Below, piece after piece: positions 54,208-63,299 of a stretch of 64,000 nucleotides of DNA (the first letter of the stretch is position 1; each line of letters starts with the position of its first letter). The stretch lies in the IMG/VR virus record IMGVR_UViG_3300008255_000098. One strand, given 5' to 3'. A program made the position numbers and the translations under genes. The notes below the pieces were generated by a model. It did not search any database. It saw only the letters and a list, made by a program, of their open reading frames with translations, and was not told the DNA's origin. The stretch is from a virus. Taxonomy: Duplodnaviria > Caudoviricetes.

Positions 54208-54696
54208 GTGAAAAATAACAATATATATAATTTTACAGGTGATAAACGCTTTGAAACAAAAGACGAAATTATTCCTGTTTTTGACTCAGCAGAGGAAAGG
54301 CACATTGGTCGTTATGGTAAAACTCCTTTAGAGGTGTTTGTTGTAAAAGAAGGCATGTCCTGGCTAAAAGAATGGTTTCCTGACTTTGCAATTAATAATG
54401 GGTTCAACTATTTTTATGTCAAAAACCCCGGCAAACAAAAAAATGACCAAATTCGTATTCTTTTTTATACTGAGTTTTCAATAGCAGAACTAAAATTTTG
54501 TTTTCCATACCCAATAAAGACTTATAGTGGCCCTGAGGAAATTACAATTTTAATTACTGTTGACTTTTGGTTCAAACAATTCTTACATAATTCAATTGAC
54601 TATAAAATAAACATGCCAAAAGATTTTGATTCTGCTAAAGGGAAAGAGGTTATTGAGCATTTGCGTGTAGTTTTAGATAATGCACTTCAGATTTAG
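54208..54696 (+). CDS. hypothetical protein, WxPDF family
   Basis: WLKEWFPDFAINNGF. Confidence 0.7.
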   Translation: MKNNNIYNFTGDKRFETKDEIIPVFDSAEERHIGRYGKTPLEVFVVKEGMSWLKEWFPDFAINNGFNYFYVKNPGKQKNDQIRILFYTEFSIAELKFCFPYPIKTYSGPEEITILITVDFWFKQFLHNSIDYKINMPKDFDSAKGKEVIEHLRVVLDNALQI

Positions 54697-54706
54697 ATAA
54701 CAGTAG

Positions 54707-55132
54707 GTGGACATAGTAATGATAACTAATAATACCTATACGTGGATTAAAACAATCCCAAAAACTAAGGCTGAAATTGTTGAAGCTATTCAAAATACTA
54801 TTGAAAATAAAGAAATTTCAATTTGGCTTCTGTCTTGGTTACCAGATTTTCTAATTGAAAATAGATTTGATTTTTCTGCAATACATTTTGTGCCTAGTAA
54901 CGGCTTTAGTGAAATTTTTATATATTTTGATACAGAAACCACAGAGTTGTCTGTTGATATATTTATTAGTCACAGAAATGACTTTTTAGTCAACTGTAAT
55001 GGTTTTGTTTTTTTTGATGGGGCCATCGAAAATTGGTTTTTAGAGTTTATCCGAATTTTCCACCCCTTTAATCCTAAAACAGATGTAGAAGAGTTGGCTG
55101 CAATAATGGCTGAAATACTTCGAGACTTATAA
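54707..55132 (+). CDS. hypothetical protein, WxPDF family
   Basis: WLLSWLPDFLIENRF. Confidence 0.7.
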   Translation: MDIVMITNNTYTWIKTIPKTKAEIVEAIQNTIENKEISIWLLSWLPDFLIENRFDFSAIHFVPSNGFSEIFIYFDTETTELSVDIFISHRNDFLVNCNGFVFFDGAIENWFLEFIRIFHPFNPKTDVEELAAIMAEILRDL

Positions 55133-55259
55133 CAGAAAACCGTGTCGAAGGTAACAAGTTGAAATCTAATCTGTTTGTGTTATACAAAACGAAAGTAGAA
55201 ATTTCATCTCTCTAATAGAGAAATTAGAGATTTCCACTTAGTATAATTAAAGAGGCAAT

Positions 55260-55751
55260 ATGAAAAGAAACAAAGTGTACCCAGTGGTTGTGAAAGAGTG
55301 GACAGAGAGCGAGCGAGGCTGGGGCACCCGCCCAGATGGTTATTCGGTGCATCTAACAAATGCTGATAGTGAAAAATTTCTTGCTGAATATGACGAAAGA
55401 GAAAAGAAGCGCAATCCTTCCAGCGGTGTTCCAGAGTGCTGTTCCTTCCCAGAGGTTGGGAGTATAGTTAAAGATGTTGGAGAAGAGGTATATCAAAAAC
55501 TTTTGGATTGTCGTAAATCTAATTCATATGGTTATTGGATTTCTTCACTTAGGGAACTTAATACCCCGAAGGAAAATAAAGAACAAGAAAAAGCAGAACA
55601 ACTTGCTGCTGCTGCAAAAGCAAAAGCGATTCAAGATCGAGAGACTCTGCGGGAAAATGCACTTAATAAACTTACAAATGAAGAAAAAGAAGTGCTTGGG
55701 TTGAATAAAAATCCAAAAACAAGTAAGAATCCTAATTTTCAGTGGCACTGA
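55260..55751 (+). CDS. hypothetical protein
   Basis: GAGG RBS; WTESERGWG.RPDG.S.H. Confidence 0.8.
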   Translation: MKRNKVYPVVVKEWTESERGWGTRPDGYSVHLTNADSEKFLAEYDEREKKRNPSSGVPECCSFPEVGSIVKDVGEEVYQKLLDCRKSNSYGYWISSLRELNTPKENKEQEKAEQLAAAAKAKAIQDRETLRENALNKLTNEEKEVLGLNKNPKTSKNPNFQWH

Positions 55752-55788
55752 ATATAAAACATTTAGGAATGTTTCTATACTTATAGAT

Positions 55789-55995
55789 ATGAAAAATATT
55801 GAATCAGATATTTTAGCAGAAATAACTTCTTCAGTAGAAATGGTAAATGGAGTTATCAAAATTCCAGACATCAGTTATGCTGACAAAACTCATTCATCTG
55901 GTCGGTGGCTTCCTGCTTTTCCAGAGCCAAGCATGGAAAGGCAAGAAGAATATATTGAAAAAATGATTGAGCGGGATAAGGAAGACAAATATTAG
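55789..55995 (+). CDS. hypothetical protein
   Basis: ORF. Confidence 0.6.
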   Translation: MKNIESDILAEITSSVEMVNGVIKIPDISYADKTHSSGRWLPAFPEPSMERQEEYIEKMIERDKEDKY

Positions 55996-56008
55996 TTGCT
56001 ATTTATAA

Positions 56009-56254
56009 ATGAGGCAAAATATGGAAATAGAAGATGACCCGAATTTCTGGGAATGGCTCGAGAAAAAATACCAAAAAAATCCTGGTAAAGAGTCGTTCAA
56101 GCGACTTGTTTTAGAGCTTCCGATTCTTGAAAAGAGTTTTCCAAAATCCTCGGAAGCCACAGAAGACTATTCTGATATTCCTCGACCATTGTATGAAGAC
56201 CAAGACTCCGAAGACGGAAAAACCAACCAAAACTATGTTATTTTTGAATTATAA
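56009..56254 (+). CDS. hypothetical protein
   Basis: ORF. Confidence 0.65.
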   Translation: MRQNMEIEDDPNFWEWLEKKYQKNPGKESFKRLVLELPILEKSFPKSSEATEDYSDIPRPLYEDQDSEDGKTNQNYVIFEL

Positions 56255-56263
56255 AGGACAATA

Positions 56264-56647
56264 ATGGAGTCATACACAAGTGGTGCATTGGAAAAGATGG
56301 GCAAAGAAGTTGAATCAATTGGTGATATGCTCGTTGCTATAGATAAATTTCTAGCAAAAGAAGCTGCTCCAGCCAATAAAGGCAACAAAGACAATAAAGA
56401 AGACATCAAAAACAAAAATAATGTGATTTATGTTGATTTTGCGTTGCCTAATGAATTCAAAAGTGCAATTTCAAAAAGAATGAAATTGACCCTAATAATA
56501 GGCATGTATCACGACTGGGCAGAGCGAACTTTGTTTTTAGTAGAAGAAAACTCTGGCAGATTTGGAAAAAAAGGTAAACTACTGAGCCATGTAACACAAT
56601 TACGAAACATGGTGTCTACTATTTCTAAGCTAGCCCCAAATAGTTAG
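56264..56647 (+). CDS. hypothetical protein
   Basis: ORF with AGGA RBS. Confidence 0.7.
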   Translation: MESYTSGALEKMGKEVESIGDMLVAIDKFLAKEAAPANKGNKDNKEDIKNKNNVIYVDFALPNEFKSAISKRMKLTLIIGMYHDWAERTLFLVEENSGRFGKKGKLLSHVTQLRNMVSTISKLAPNS

Positions 56648-56947
56648 TTAATTTCCCAAAACTCTATCTATTGCAAGAAACAGTAGGCTATATGATGGTG
56701 GGCAAATATAAATGTAAGAATTTTTTTTGAAATTGGTTCAAAAACGCTTGGAGACGTGTTATACTTAGGACATGCTAGAAAGCGAAGCACAAATCGTTGT
56801 ATCCCTAATAAAGATACTATGTGCTGCTGAACAGCATATTGAAAGTATTTCACCACCCGGTTGGAATGGTGAATATAATAAAAAGGCAGCTTTAGACGAT
56901 ATTAACTACGCCAAAAGTTTGTTGGAACTCATAACAAAGGAAAAATA

Positions 56948-57481
56948 ATGTCTTTGTCGATGACCGAGTGTTGGTTTTGCAATAAATCTCTTTTGGACGA
57001 CAAACATGTCGAAAAGGGTTTACAAAAGTATGCGTTTTGGTGTAATAAAACATGCCATGACAAGTATATTCAAAAGACTATAGACGATGGTGCTGATACA
57101 AAAGCATGGTCGGATTTTATGGCTGGGGAGGCAGAATGTCCTGACCATTTAAAGCATCTTTTGCCGGTGGTGGACGAGGTTCCTTCTTACAAAGATGTCC
57201 ACACAGCTACTAAGTCCCAAAAGAAGGGCAAGAAGGGCAAAAAGGGAGTAAAAAGCGCAAAAAAGAAGACTTCTACTTCTGGACGAGTGTGTGGAGCTTG
57301 CGGTGAGCCTGGCCATAACGCACGAACATGCGGCAAGCCCACAAAGAAGCCCACGAAGAAGCACAGTAGCATCAAAAAGGCGTCAAATAAGTTTGCGGCC
57401 AAGTCTGAACGGAAACAATATCAGTGTCGAGTATGTGAGGGTTTTGGGCACAATGCCAGGACTTGCCCAAAAAATAGCTGA
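56948..57481 (+). CDS. basic protein with two CCHC zinc knuckles
   Basis: CGACGEPGHNARTC and CRVCEGFGHNARTC (CX2CX4HX4C) in a Lys-rich tail. Confidence 0.88.
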   Translation: MSLSMTECWFCNKSLLDDKHVEKGLQKYAFWCNKTCHDKYIQKTIDDGADTKAWSDFMAGEAECPDHLKHLLPVVDEVPSYKDVHTATKSQKKGKKGKKGVKSAKKKTSTSGRVCGACGEPGHNARTCGKPTKKPTKKHSSIKKASNKFAAKSERKQYQCRVCEGFGHNARTCPKNS

Positions 57482-57489
57482 GGATGGCC

Positions 57490-57785
57490 TACCAGAGGTA
57501 GGCCATAAATTTGAGCCCAGCAAGTTATATAAGGGCAACAAGTGTTATTTGCTTGTATACCCAACTATAGCAACAGCCCACAACCCACACAACCCACACA
57601 ACCCTAGGGCTACTGAGCTAGCTCAGCGTCTTATCTCTTTGGAGTCTAAAAAGCAACAGAAACCGCCGTCACCACTCGGTAATCTCTATTGTTATATTGT
57701 ACTGTTATTGGAGGATTTGGAGACTCCAAATCCTCCTTGGCAGCAAACAAGGTTGGGTTATTGTTGTTGGCGACACAGAGTTTGA
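57490..57785 (+). pseudogene. degenerate GKLY-family gene
   Basis: FEPSKLYKGNKCYLLVYP without a clear start; internal HNP repeat. Confidence 0.5.
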
Positions 57786-57797
57786 GAAGATATTTTA

Positions 57798-58118
57798 ATG
57801 AACTTTAGAGTAGGCAAACTATATCAGTGTACTAGTCATTATTTGGTGTTGTACCCAAGCTCACTCGCAATTGAAGACTGTAACTATGTTATTGGTATTG
57901 GAAAGAAGGTCGGGGGTGCTTCATCGAGGATTGTTATACTAACTGAAGAAATATCTAAAAGACTAAACTACCAAGCTTGTTTTGTTAAACCTGATGAGAT
58001 TTTCATGGTTTTGGAGGTGCAAAAACGAACCTGTACGATGCGTGTTCTGTTTTTGAACGGAAATATAGGTTGGATTGCTGATAGGGCTTGGGTATTATAT
58101 CAGAAAGTATTGCAGTAA
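57798..58118 (+). CDS. hypothetical protein, GKLY family
   Basis: FRVGKLYQC..HYLVLYP; IFMVL; VLFLNGNIGWI. Confidence 0.75.
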   Translation: MNFRVGKLYQCTSHYLVLYPSSLAIEDCNYVIGIGKKVGGASSRIVILTEEISKRLNYQACFVKPDEIFMVLEVQKRTCTMRVLFLNGNIGWIADRAWVLYQKVLQ

Positions 58119-58124
58119 ACTTTA

Positions 58125-58260
58125 AATAGGCAAAATATACCAATGTCCCGGACATTATTTATTGATATTTCCGAACCAAAAGAATTTCAAAAGGTGGGTT
58201 ATGGGCGCTGGACAAAAATGCAAGGGACGGGTAATAGCAGCGAATGGCTAGATTTACAAA
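58125..58260 (+). pseudogene. GKLY-family fragment
   Basis: IGKIYQCPGHYLLIFP readable without a start codon. Confidence 0.55.
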
Positions 58261-58368
58261 GACTTTTATAAAAATCCGCTGCTAATATTAGGTTTGAAAA
58301 GGTTTGAGGTAGTGTTAGAAAGATTTAAGAAGATTCACTAATAAACTAGAAATTAGATAGGAAAAATC

Positions 58369-58668
58369 ATGGAAGAAAAAGTAAAAAAACCAGTAGTAAT
58401 ATTACCAAAAAATGCTCCATATGGTGGTAAGCTTTATCGAGTAATATCTGAAGAAGGTGAAATTAAAAGCGAACAGCTTGTAAAGGGTGACATTGTGATG
58501 GTAACAACAGAAGACCACCTTTTAGTAGAAAAGAAATTTCCTAATAATGATACAGTTACTACAGTTAGTTTGTGGAAAAACTTAGAGGTTTTACACGGAG
58601 AGAAAATTTTGAGCTTTCATGGTGCTCCAAATGAACTTTGGTATCAAATTTTTGAAGCCGTAGACTAA
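58369..58668 (+). CDS. hypothetical protein, GKLY family
   Basis: GGKLYRV; VLHGEKIL. Confidence 0.75.
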   Translation: MEEKVKKPVVILPKNAPYGGKLYRVISEEGEIKSEQLVKGDIVMVTTEDHLLVEKKFPNNDTVTTVSLWKNLEVLHGEKILSFHGAPNELWYQIFEAVD

Positions 58669-58701
58669 CAGCAACATCTTACAAAACCAAAAATATAGAT
58701 T

Positions 58702-58722
58702 AGCCCGGATTTCCGGGCTTTT
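58702..58722. terminator. terminator at convergent junction
   Basis: AGCCCGGA-TT-TCCGGGCT followed by T-run. Confidence 0.75.
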
Positions 58723-58737
58723 CCTTTTAGGCTTCTT

Positions 58738-59583
58738 TCAAAGTGTAAAAATTTTACCGATAGTTGGCTTTCGGTATTCTGCTGAGCCTGTTATTGCCCG
58801 CAAGTTAGAGGTGATTTTTACGTCTGCAAAGCCGTGAGTGTGCCCACAGAGAACGGTAATGTTTTTCTTGGGGTTTGCTACGGCTAAATTATACAAGACG
58901 TCTCCCATCGCCTTAGAAGAGAAGTGTGGCATCCAGTCTTTATCGCTAATTCTTCCCTTATAAGTTGAACTTTCACGAAATGGCGGAACGTGTGTTGCTA
59001 CAAACACATTTGAAAAAGTCTCAAATGCCTTTTCAATGTTGTTTTTAACATTAGCAGCACTATTCTTGGAAAGTTCATTAATTTTATCAAATTTGTGTTG
59101 CCTAGTTGCACAAGTATAATCACTTAGCTCGTCAATAACAAGATAATCATTTAGCATAATTTTTGAGGAAAACCAATCTGCATATTGTCCGTCATACCAA
59201 CCATCGTCGCCAACAATAGCAACGTCTTTAGTTAAAGGAACCACCCCAGAAGTAGTAAGCCACGCAAGTCGTGGTAATTTATTTGCTTTGTGTTCGTCTG
59301 AATAGGTAAAAAGACGTTCCAAGACGCTTCGTACTTCTGTGATAGAACCGTTATAATAATCATGGTTTCCTAACACGAAGAAAATTGGGCATGTTTTATT
59401 AAGCAATATGCTGAAATTAGCAAGATAATCTAAGATTGTCGGTGCCTCCGCAATATCTCCAGTAATAACTATAGCATTTGGTTTTTTGAGTAAAATTTGC
59501 GCACTAAGATTTTTGATACATTTTTCTGTACAGAAGTTTAAATGGATGTCGGTTAGATGAATTAAACTAAATTTGTTATGCAT
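58738..59583 (-). CDS. calcineurin-like metallophosphoesterase (CpdA-like)
   Basis: DIHL, ITGD, GNHD, THVPP, CGHTH. Confidence 0.92.
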   Translation of the reverse strand: MHNKFSLIHLTDIHLNFCTEKCIKNLSAQILLKKPNAIVITGDIAEAPTILDYLANFSILLNKTCPIFFVLGNHDYYNGSITEVRSVLERLFTYSDEHKANKLPRLAWLTTSGVVPLTKDVAIVGDDGWYDGQYADWFSSKIMLNDYLVIDELSDYTCATRQHKFDKINELSKNSAANVKNNIEKAFETFSNVFVATHVPPFRESSTYKGRISDKDWMPHFSSKAMGDVLYNLAVANPKKNITVLCGHTHGFADVKITSNLRAITGSAEYRKPTIGKIFTL

Positions 59584-59629
59584 ATCAGTATTATTGATAA
59601 CTTTTCATTACTTGACAAAGAAATTTGTC

Positions 59630-60088
59630 TTACAACTCACTTTGAGTTTTTTTGTTTTGTTCTAAAATGTCCACAGCCTTTTCTACTAAATGTTTGGCTT
59701 CAGCAAGACCAAAGTTTGTTCTTGCTCTTACTTCTCTTATTGCCTGGATTTTATCCCCCTTTTGTATATAATAAATTTCAGATTTACTAATACCCAGAAT
59801 TTTTAGCTGAATTTCAACGTCGCCTAACCATTTAAGCTCTATTGCTCCAGAAACAAAATCAACATATTTAACTTGTACGTATTTTGCAAGTCGGCAAAAA
59901 TTAATAGTGTTAAGCACATCAGAAAAATTAGTTCCATTAGAAATAGTTTCAACTGATATTTCTTTCGATAAGAAATCAACGCTTTTGATTTTGATATTTT
60001 CAATGGTTGAAACATCTTCAATAGTTTGCATAAATGAGTCTAGCCCATCATTATACATCTTTAATACATTTTTATCATCATTATTCAT
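59630..60088 (-). CDS. protein with ribosomal bL12 C-terminal-like domain
   Basis: KIQAIREVRARTNFGLAEAKHLVE. Confidence 0.8.
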   Translation of the reverse strand: MNNDDKNVLKMYNDGLDSFMQTIEDVSTIENIKIKSVDFLSKEISVETISNGTNFSDVLNTINFCRLAKYVQVKYVDFVSGAIELKWLGDVEIQLKILGISKSEIYYIQKGDKIQAIREVRARTNFGLAEAKHLVEKAVDILEQNKKTQSEL

Positions 60089-60111
60089 TTTAATTCTCCG
60101 AGTTATATTTT

Positions 60112-60250
60112 GTGAACTATCACAGTGGCTAAAGATATCGTGGCTTCCAAAGTTTAGGATGACCGGCTCCCTTCAGCCAATTTACTTTTTGCATTACTTT
60201 GAAAGACTGTTCAAATTCTGTCAGGGAAGTCATTACTCCAGGCACTTTTA
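60112..60250 (-). mobile_element. IS200/IS605-type right-end remnant
   Basis: Minus strand GAAGCCACGATATCTTTAGCCACTGTGATAGTTCAC. Confidence 0.55.
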
Positions 60251-60484
60251 GATACGTAAATGTTTTATTTGAAGTCATTTAACATTTTTCTCACAAAAGA
60301 AGTTAATTCCAAAAAGACTTTTCTTGTTGCCAGCAGGATTTTCTCATATCAAGGGTGCAGGTTTTTGGTTATCATGCAGGACGAAGATTTGTAGAGAAAA
60401 TATAGTGCTATTTTCTCAGAGAAATAAGATTTTGGTAGTTGTGGAGAAGTTTTATTTGTAGCTCCACCAGTGTAATAGAGGCTT

Positions 60485-61081
60485 TCATAATTTCATCTGG
60501 TGTTGTGTTAGAGTTTCCTTCTCTAGTTTTTTCCAAAACCATGACTCCATTTCCTTGTTTTCTTCTTCGCTGTCGGGAAGGATTTTGAGTATATAATTGA
60601 TAAATTTCGCAAAATCTTTTTGTTCATTTTTGGAGGTAATGTTTCTTATTGATAATTCAACATAAGAAATTATTTGTCTTTTGAACGCCCCAAGGCCAAA
60701 ACAAGTGATTTTGTTTTCTTCGATATCCGAATATCCACATGAGAAAGAAAAAAGGTTGTCTAAAAAAAAATATTCTACACTAATAACATCTTCATGCCCA
60801 CCAAAAAATCTTGATGTTTTTTTATTTATTTTTTCCGCAGACATTGACAAATAAACATGATTGAAGGTAAGGCTATTTTCAGCCGCAAATTCTGGAAACC
60901 AACTACGAAACCAGTTAACTAAAGCAATAGTTTGGATAAAACTATAGCCTTCGAGAAGTTCTAAACTCGGATCTGTTAGTAATAAGTTTCCACTTGTTTC
61001 CAACATTGAGTCAATACCATTGTATATAGTTGTAATAATTCTGTCGGTTCTGTCGGTATCTATATTTCTATAATTTAGCAT
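60485..61081 (-). CDS. hypothetical protein, WxPDF family
   Basis: WFRSWFPEFAAENSL. Confidence 0.7.
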   Translation of the reverse strand: MLNYRNIDTDRTDRIITTIYNGIDSMLETSGNLLLTDPSLELLEGYSFIQTIALVNWFRSWFPEFAAENSLTFNHVYLSMSAEKINKKTSRFFGGHEDVISVEYFFLDNLFSFSCGYSDIEENKITCFGLGAFKRQIISYVELSIRNITSKNEQKDFAKFINYILKILPDSEEENKEMESWFWKKLEKETLTQHQMKL

Positions 61082-61422
61082 TGGTTTTTCTCATAAACCT
61101 GGATTTCATGTCCCTTTTTTTCATAAACGTGTTGAGCGATGGAAAAATATTTTTCCCAGCCAAATAGACAATAATGTTCAATTTGTTGGGTAATTAAAGG
61201 GTGGATGTTGTTAAGATATTCTAAATTTAGTTCACCATGATTTTCATTCGTTAGCGGACCTCCAGATTCCCATTTATCGAGTGCAACAACACGAAATAGT
61301 GTTTTTTGTTTGCCGCTATTGGTGTTTTCAGATTTTAATATTAGTATATCACCTATTTCTGGGAAATATTCTGAGTTATCTGGATTATCTGGATTATCAG
61401 TATTTTTACTATTGTCATTCAT
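61075..61422 (-). CDS. hypothetical protein
   Basis: ORF with DNP repeat; EIGDILIL. Confidence 0.7.
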   Translation of the reverse strand: MNDNSKNTDNPDNPDNSEYFPEIGDILILKSENTNSGKQKTLFRVVALDKWESGGPLTNENHGELNLEYLNNIHPLITQQIEHYCLFGWEKYFSIAQHVYEKKGHEIQVYEKNQC

Positions 61423-61630
61423 CTGTTGTCGTTGTTTATCCTTTTACCCTTTTAATATAACACATTTAGATTTAAAAGTAAATTTATTATCAGCGAAGTC
61501 AGTTGTGAAACTTTTTCAAATATATTTTTTCAAGCAACAGCAAGTCCAGAACGGAATTTGTATATTGTACAACAGGCCACAATGAGTTTGGTGAAACTAC
61601 GCCGCTTTTTGTGTGGCTATTTTAGAAAAA

Positions 61631-62065
61631 TCAAGTATTGTCATAGCTTGTTACTGGGGATTTTGCTATTTTAAAATACTGATTTAAATATTTAGCATGT
61701 AAACAAAAACATTTTTGTGTGACGCCACTATTGGTTATGCTGTTATTGTATAAAGATTTAACGAGCATATTAGGAATTAATGCAACAAAATAAACAGAGT
61801 TTGTTGTAGTGAAAGAATTCTGAATTAAAATAAATGTGCCTTTGGCTGGTATGAGACATTTGTTTGACTTGGGTGGGGTAGAATCTCTTAGTGTTCCTTC
61901 CTCGAAAGGATGCTGAGGCACGTCAAATATATCGAATGTAGATTTAACCTCGACTAATGCGCCAACATATTCAGCATTTACATCTCCGAGATTAATTTTT
62001 TGGAGATCAATACTTCCGTTTAGATTTATGTTCATTTTATTCACAGATTTTATTGGGTGGAACAA
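61631..62065 (-). CDS. hypothetical protein, YVG(A/T)L paralog 1
   Basis: YVGALV..IP..PF; KCFCL. Confidence 0.72.
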   Translation of the reverse strand: MFHPIKSVNKMNINLNGSIDLQKINLGDVNAEYVGALVEVKSTFDIFDVPQHPFEEGTLRDSTPPKSNKCLIPAKGTFILIQNSFTTTNSVYFVALIPNMLVKSLYNNSITNSGVTQKCFCLHAKYLNQYFKIAKSPVTSYDNT

Positions 62066-62141
62066 TTATTTGTATGCAATAATCCAGGGTATTATAGTCT
62101 GTTGGTAATGTGAGGCACCTTTCCAAAACACCAAAATTTTC

Positions 62142-62153
62142 GGGGGGGGGGGG
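62142..62153 (+). repeat. G12 homopolymer
   Basis: Seen directly, intergenic. Confidence 0.95.
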
Positions 62154-62268
62154 AATAAGAAAACAAACAAGTTTATCAATATACATACAGCTAACAATTA
62201 AAATATTTTCGGGCTAAATCTCTATAGCCAATATTTTTATAATCATTTTTACGGTTCATTTTTACGGT

Positions 62269-62724
62269 TCATTGTGTTTTATTATTTCGTACTATGGAAA
62301 TATGTTTTTCGTAGTCTGAGTCTGACGACAAATAAAAGCACTTATGTTCGACTTTTTCCTTTTCTTGATTGGTCCACAAACAAGAGAAATATATAGTTAT
62401 ATTATTTTGCGCACAATTAGTGACCAGCAAATAGTCTTCTTGTGAATCTCTGTTGTTATTGTTGTTATTGTTATTGTTGTTATCAAAATTAACGGAGTTT
62501 AAAACATAAGATTTGGGGACTTTCCCCCATTCCTCAATAAGCGTGTTTCCTAAGTACCCTGCCGGAAAGGGATTCTTTGGAATATTATGCAATGCTATTT
62601 GTCCATAAACTTTGATTAAAGTCCCAACATATTTTTTAACTAACGGATCGTTGTGGTTGATTTTTGAAAAATCAATTAATGGACTCTTTTCTTTTGGCAA
62701 GATTCTATAGATTTTATTTTGCAT
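62269..62724 (-). CDS. hypothetical protein, YVG(A/T)L paralog 2, poly-Asn insert
   Basis: YVGTLI..IPKNPF; HKCFYL. Confidence 0.75.
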   Translation of the reverse strand: MQNKIYRILPKEKSPLIDFSKINHNDPLVKKYVGTLIKVYGQIALHNIPKNPFPAGYLGNTLIEEWGKVPKSYVLNSVNFDNNNNNNNNNNRDSQEDYLLVTNCAQNNITIYFSCLWTNQEKEKVEHKCFYLSSDSDYEKHISIVRNNKTQ

Positions 62725-62819
62725 ATGAGTCTTCTCAGTTTTTTCGAGCTAGTGGAAAGATAACCTGACTGTATGACCAATGACTGCATGATCAACAAAA
62801 AAAGCATTGTGTTGAAAAA

Positions 62820-63287
62820 TCATTTTATCTCTTTTTTGTTGTTATTGTTATTGTTGTTGTTGTTGTTTTTGGAGGCAGATGGAATTACTATTTTGATACA
62901 GTCTTCAAAAAGGGTTTCTTTTAGAAGGAAAAAACATTTATGTTTGACTTCCCCGGCAGTTTTGTCTAACCACAAACAAAAGAAGTAGATATTATTCCGT
63001 CCTGGTTTGCAGTTGGTGATGAAAAAATATTCGTCACCACAAATATTTGGTGAGGGTTCAATTATTATATGTGAATCATGGCCTGTCTCTTGAAAAAGAG
63101 CATCGTTTAAATAAACAAATGGTTTCTTCGGGATATCATATAATGCCAATCTGTCAACCGGACTAACTAACGTGCCAACATATTTTGTATACAATGGGTC
63201 ATTATAATCAAAGATGGTATGGTCGATGGCTGTATGGTCAAATAAATTGTGAAATTTGTATTGTTTAGTAGTCGTATAGTTATTCAT
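62820..63287 (-). CDS. hypothetical protein, YVG(A/T)L paralog 3, poly-Asn tail
   Basis: YVGTLV..IPKKPF; HKCFFL. Confidence 0.75.
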   Translation of the reverse strand: MNNYTTTKQYKFHNLFDHTAIDHTIFDYNDPLYTKYVGTLVSPVDRLALYDIPKKPFVYLNDALFQETGHDSHIIIEPSPNICGDEYFFITNCKPGRNNIYFFCLWLDKTAGEVKHKCFFLLKETLFEDCIKIVIPSASKNNNNNNNNNNKKEIK

Positions 63288-63299
63288 TTATTTGCCTCA

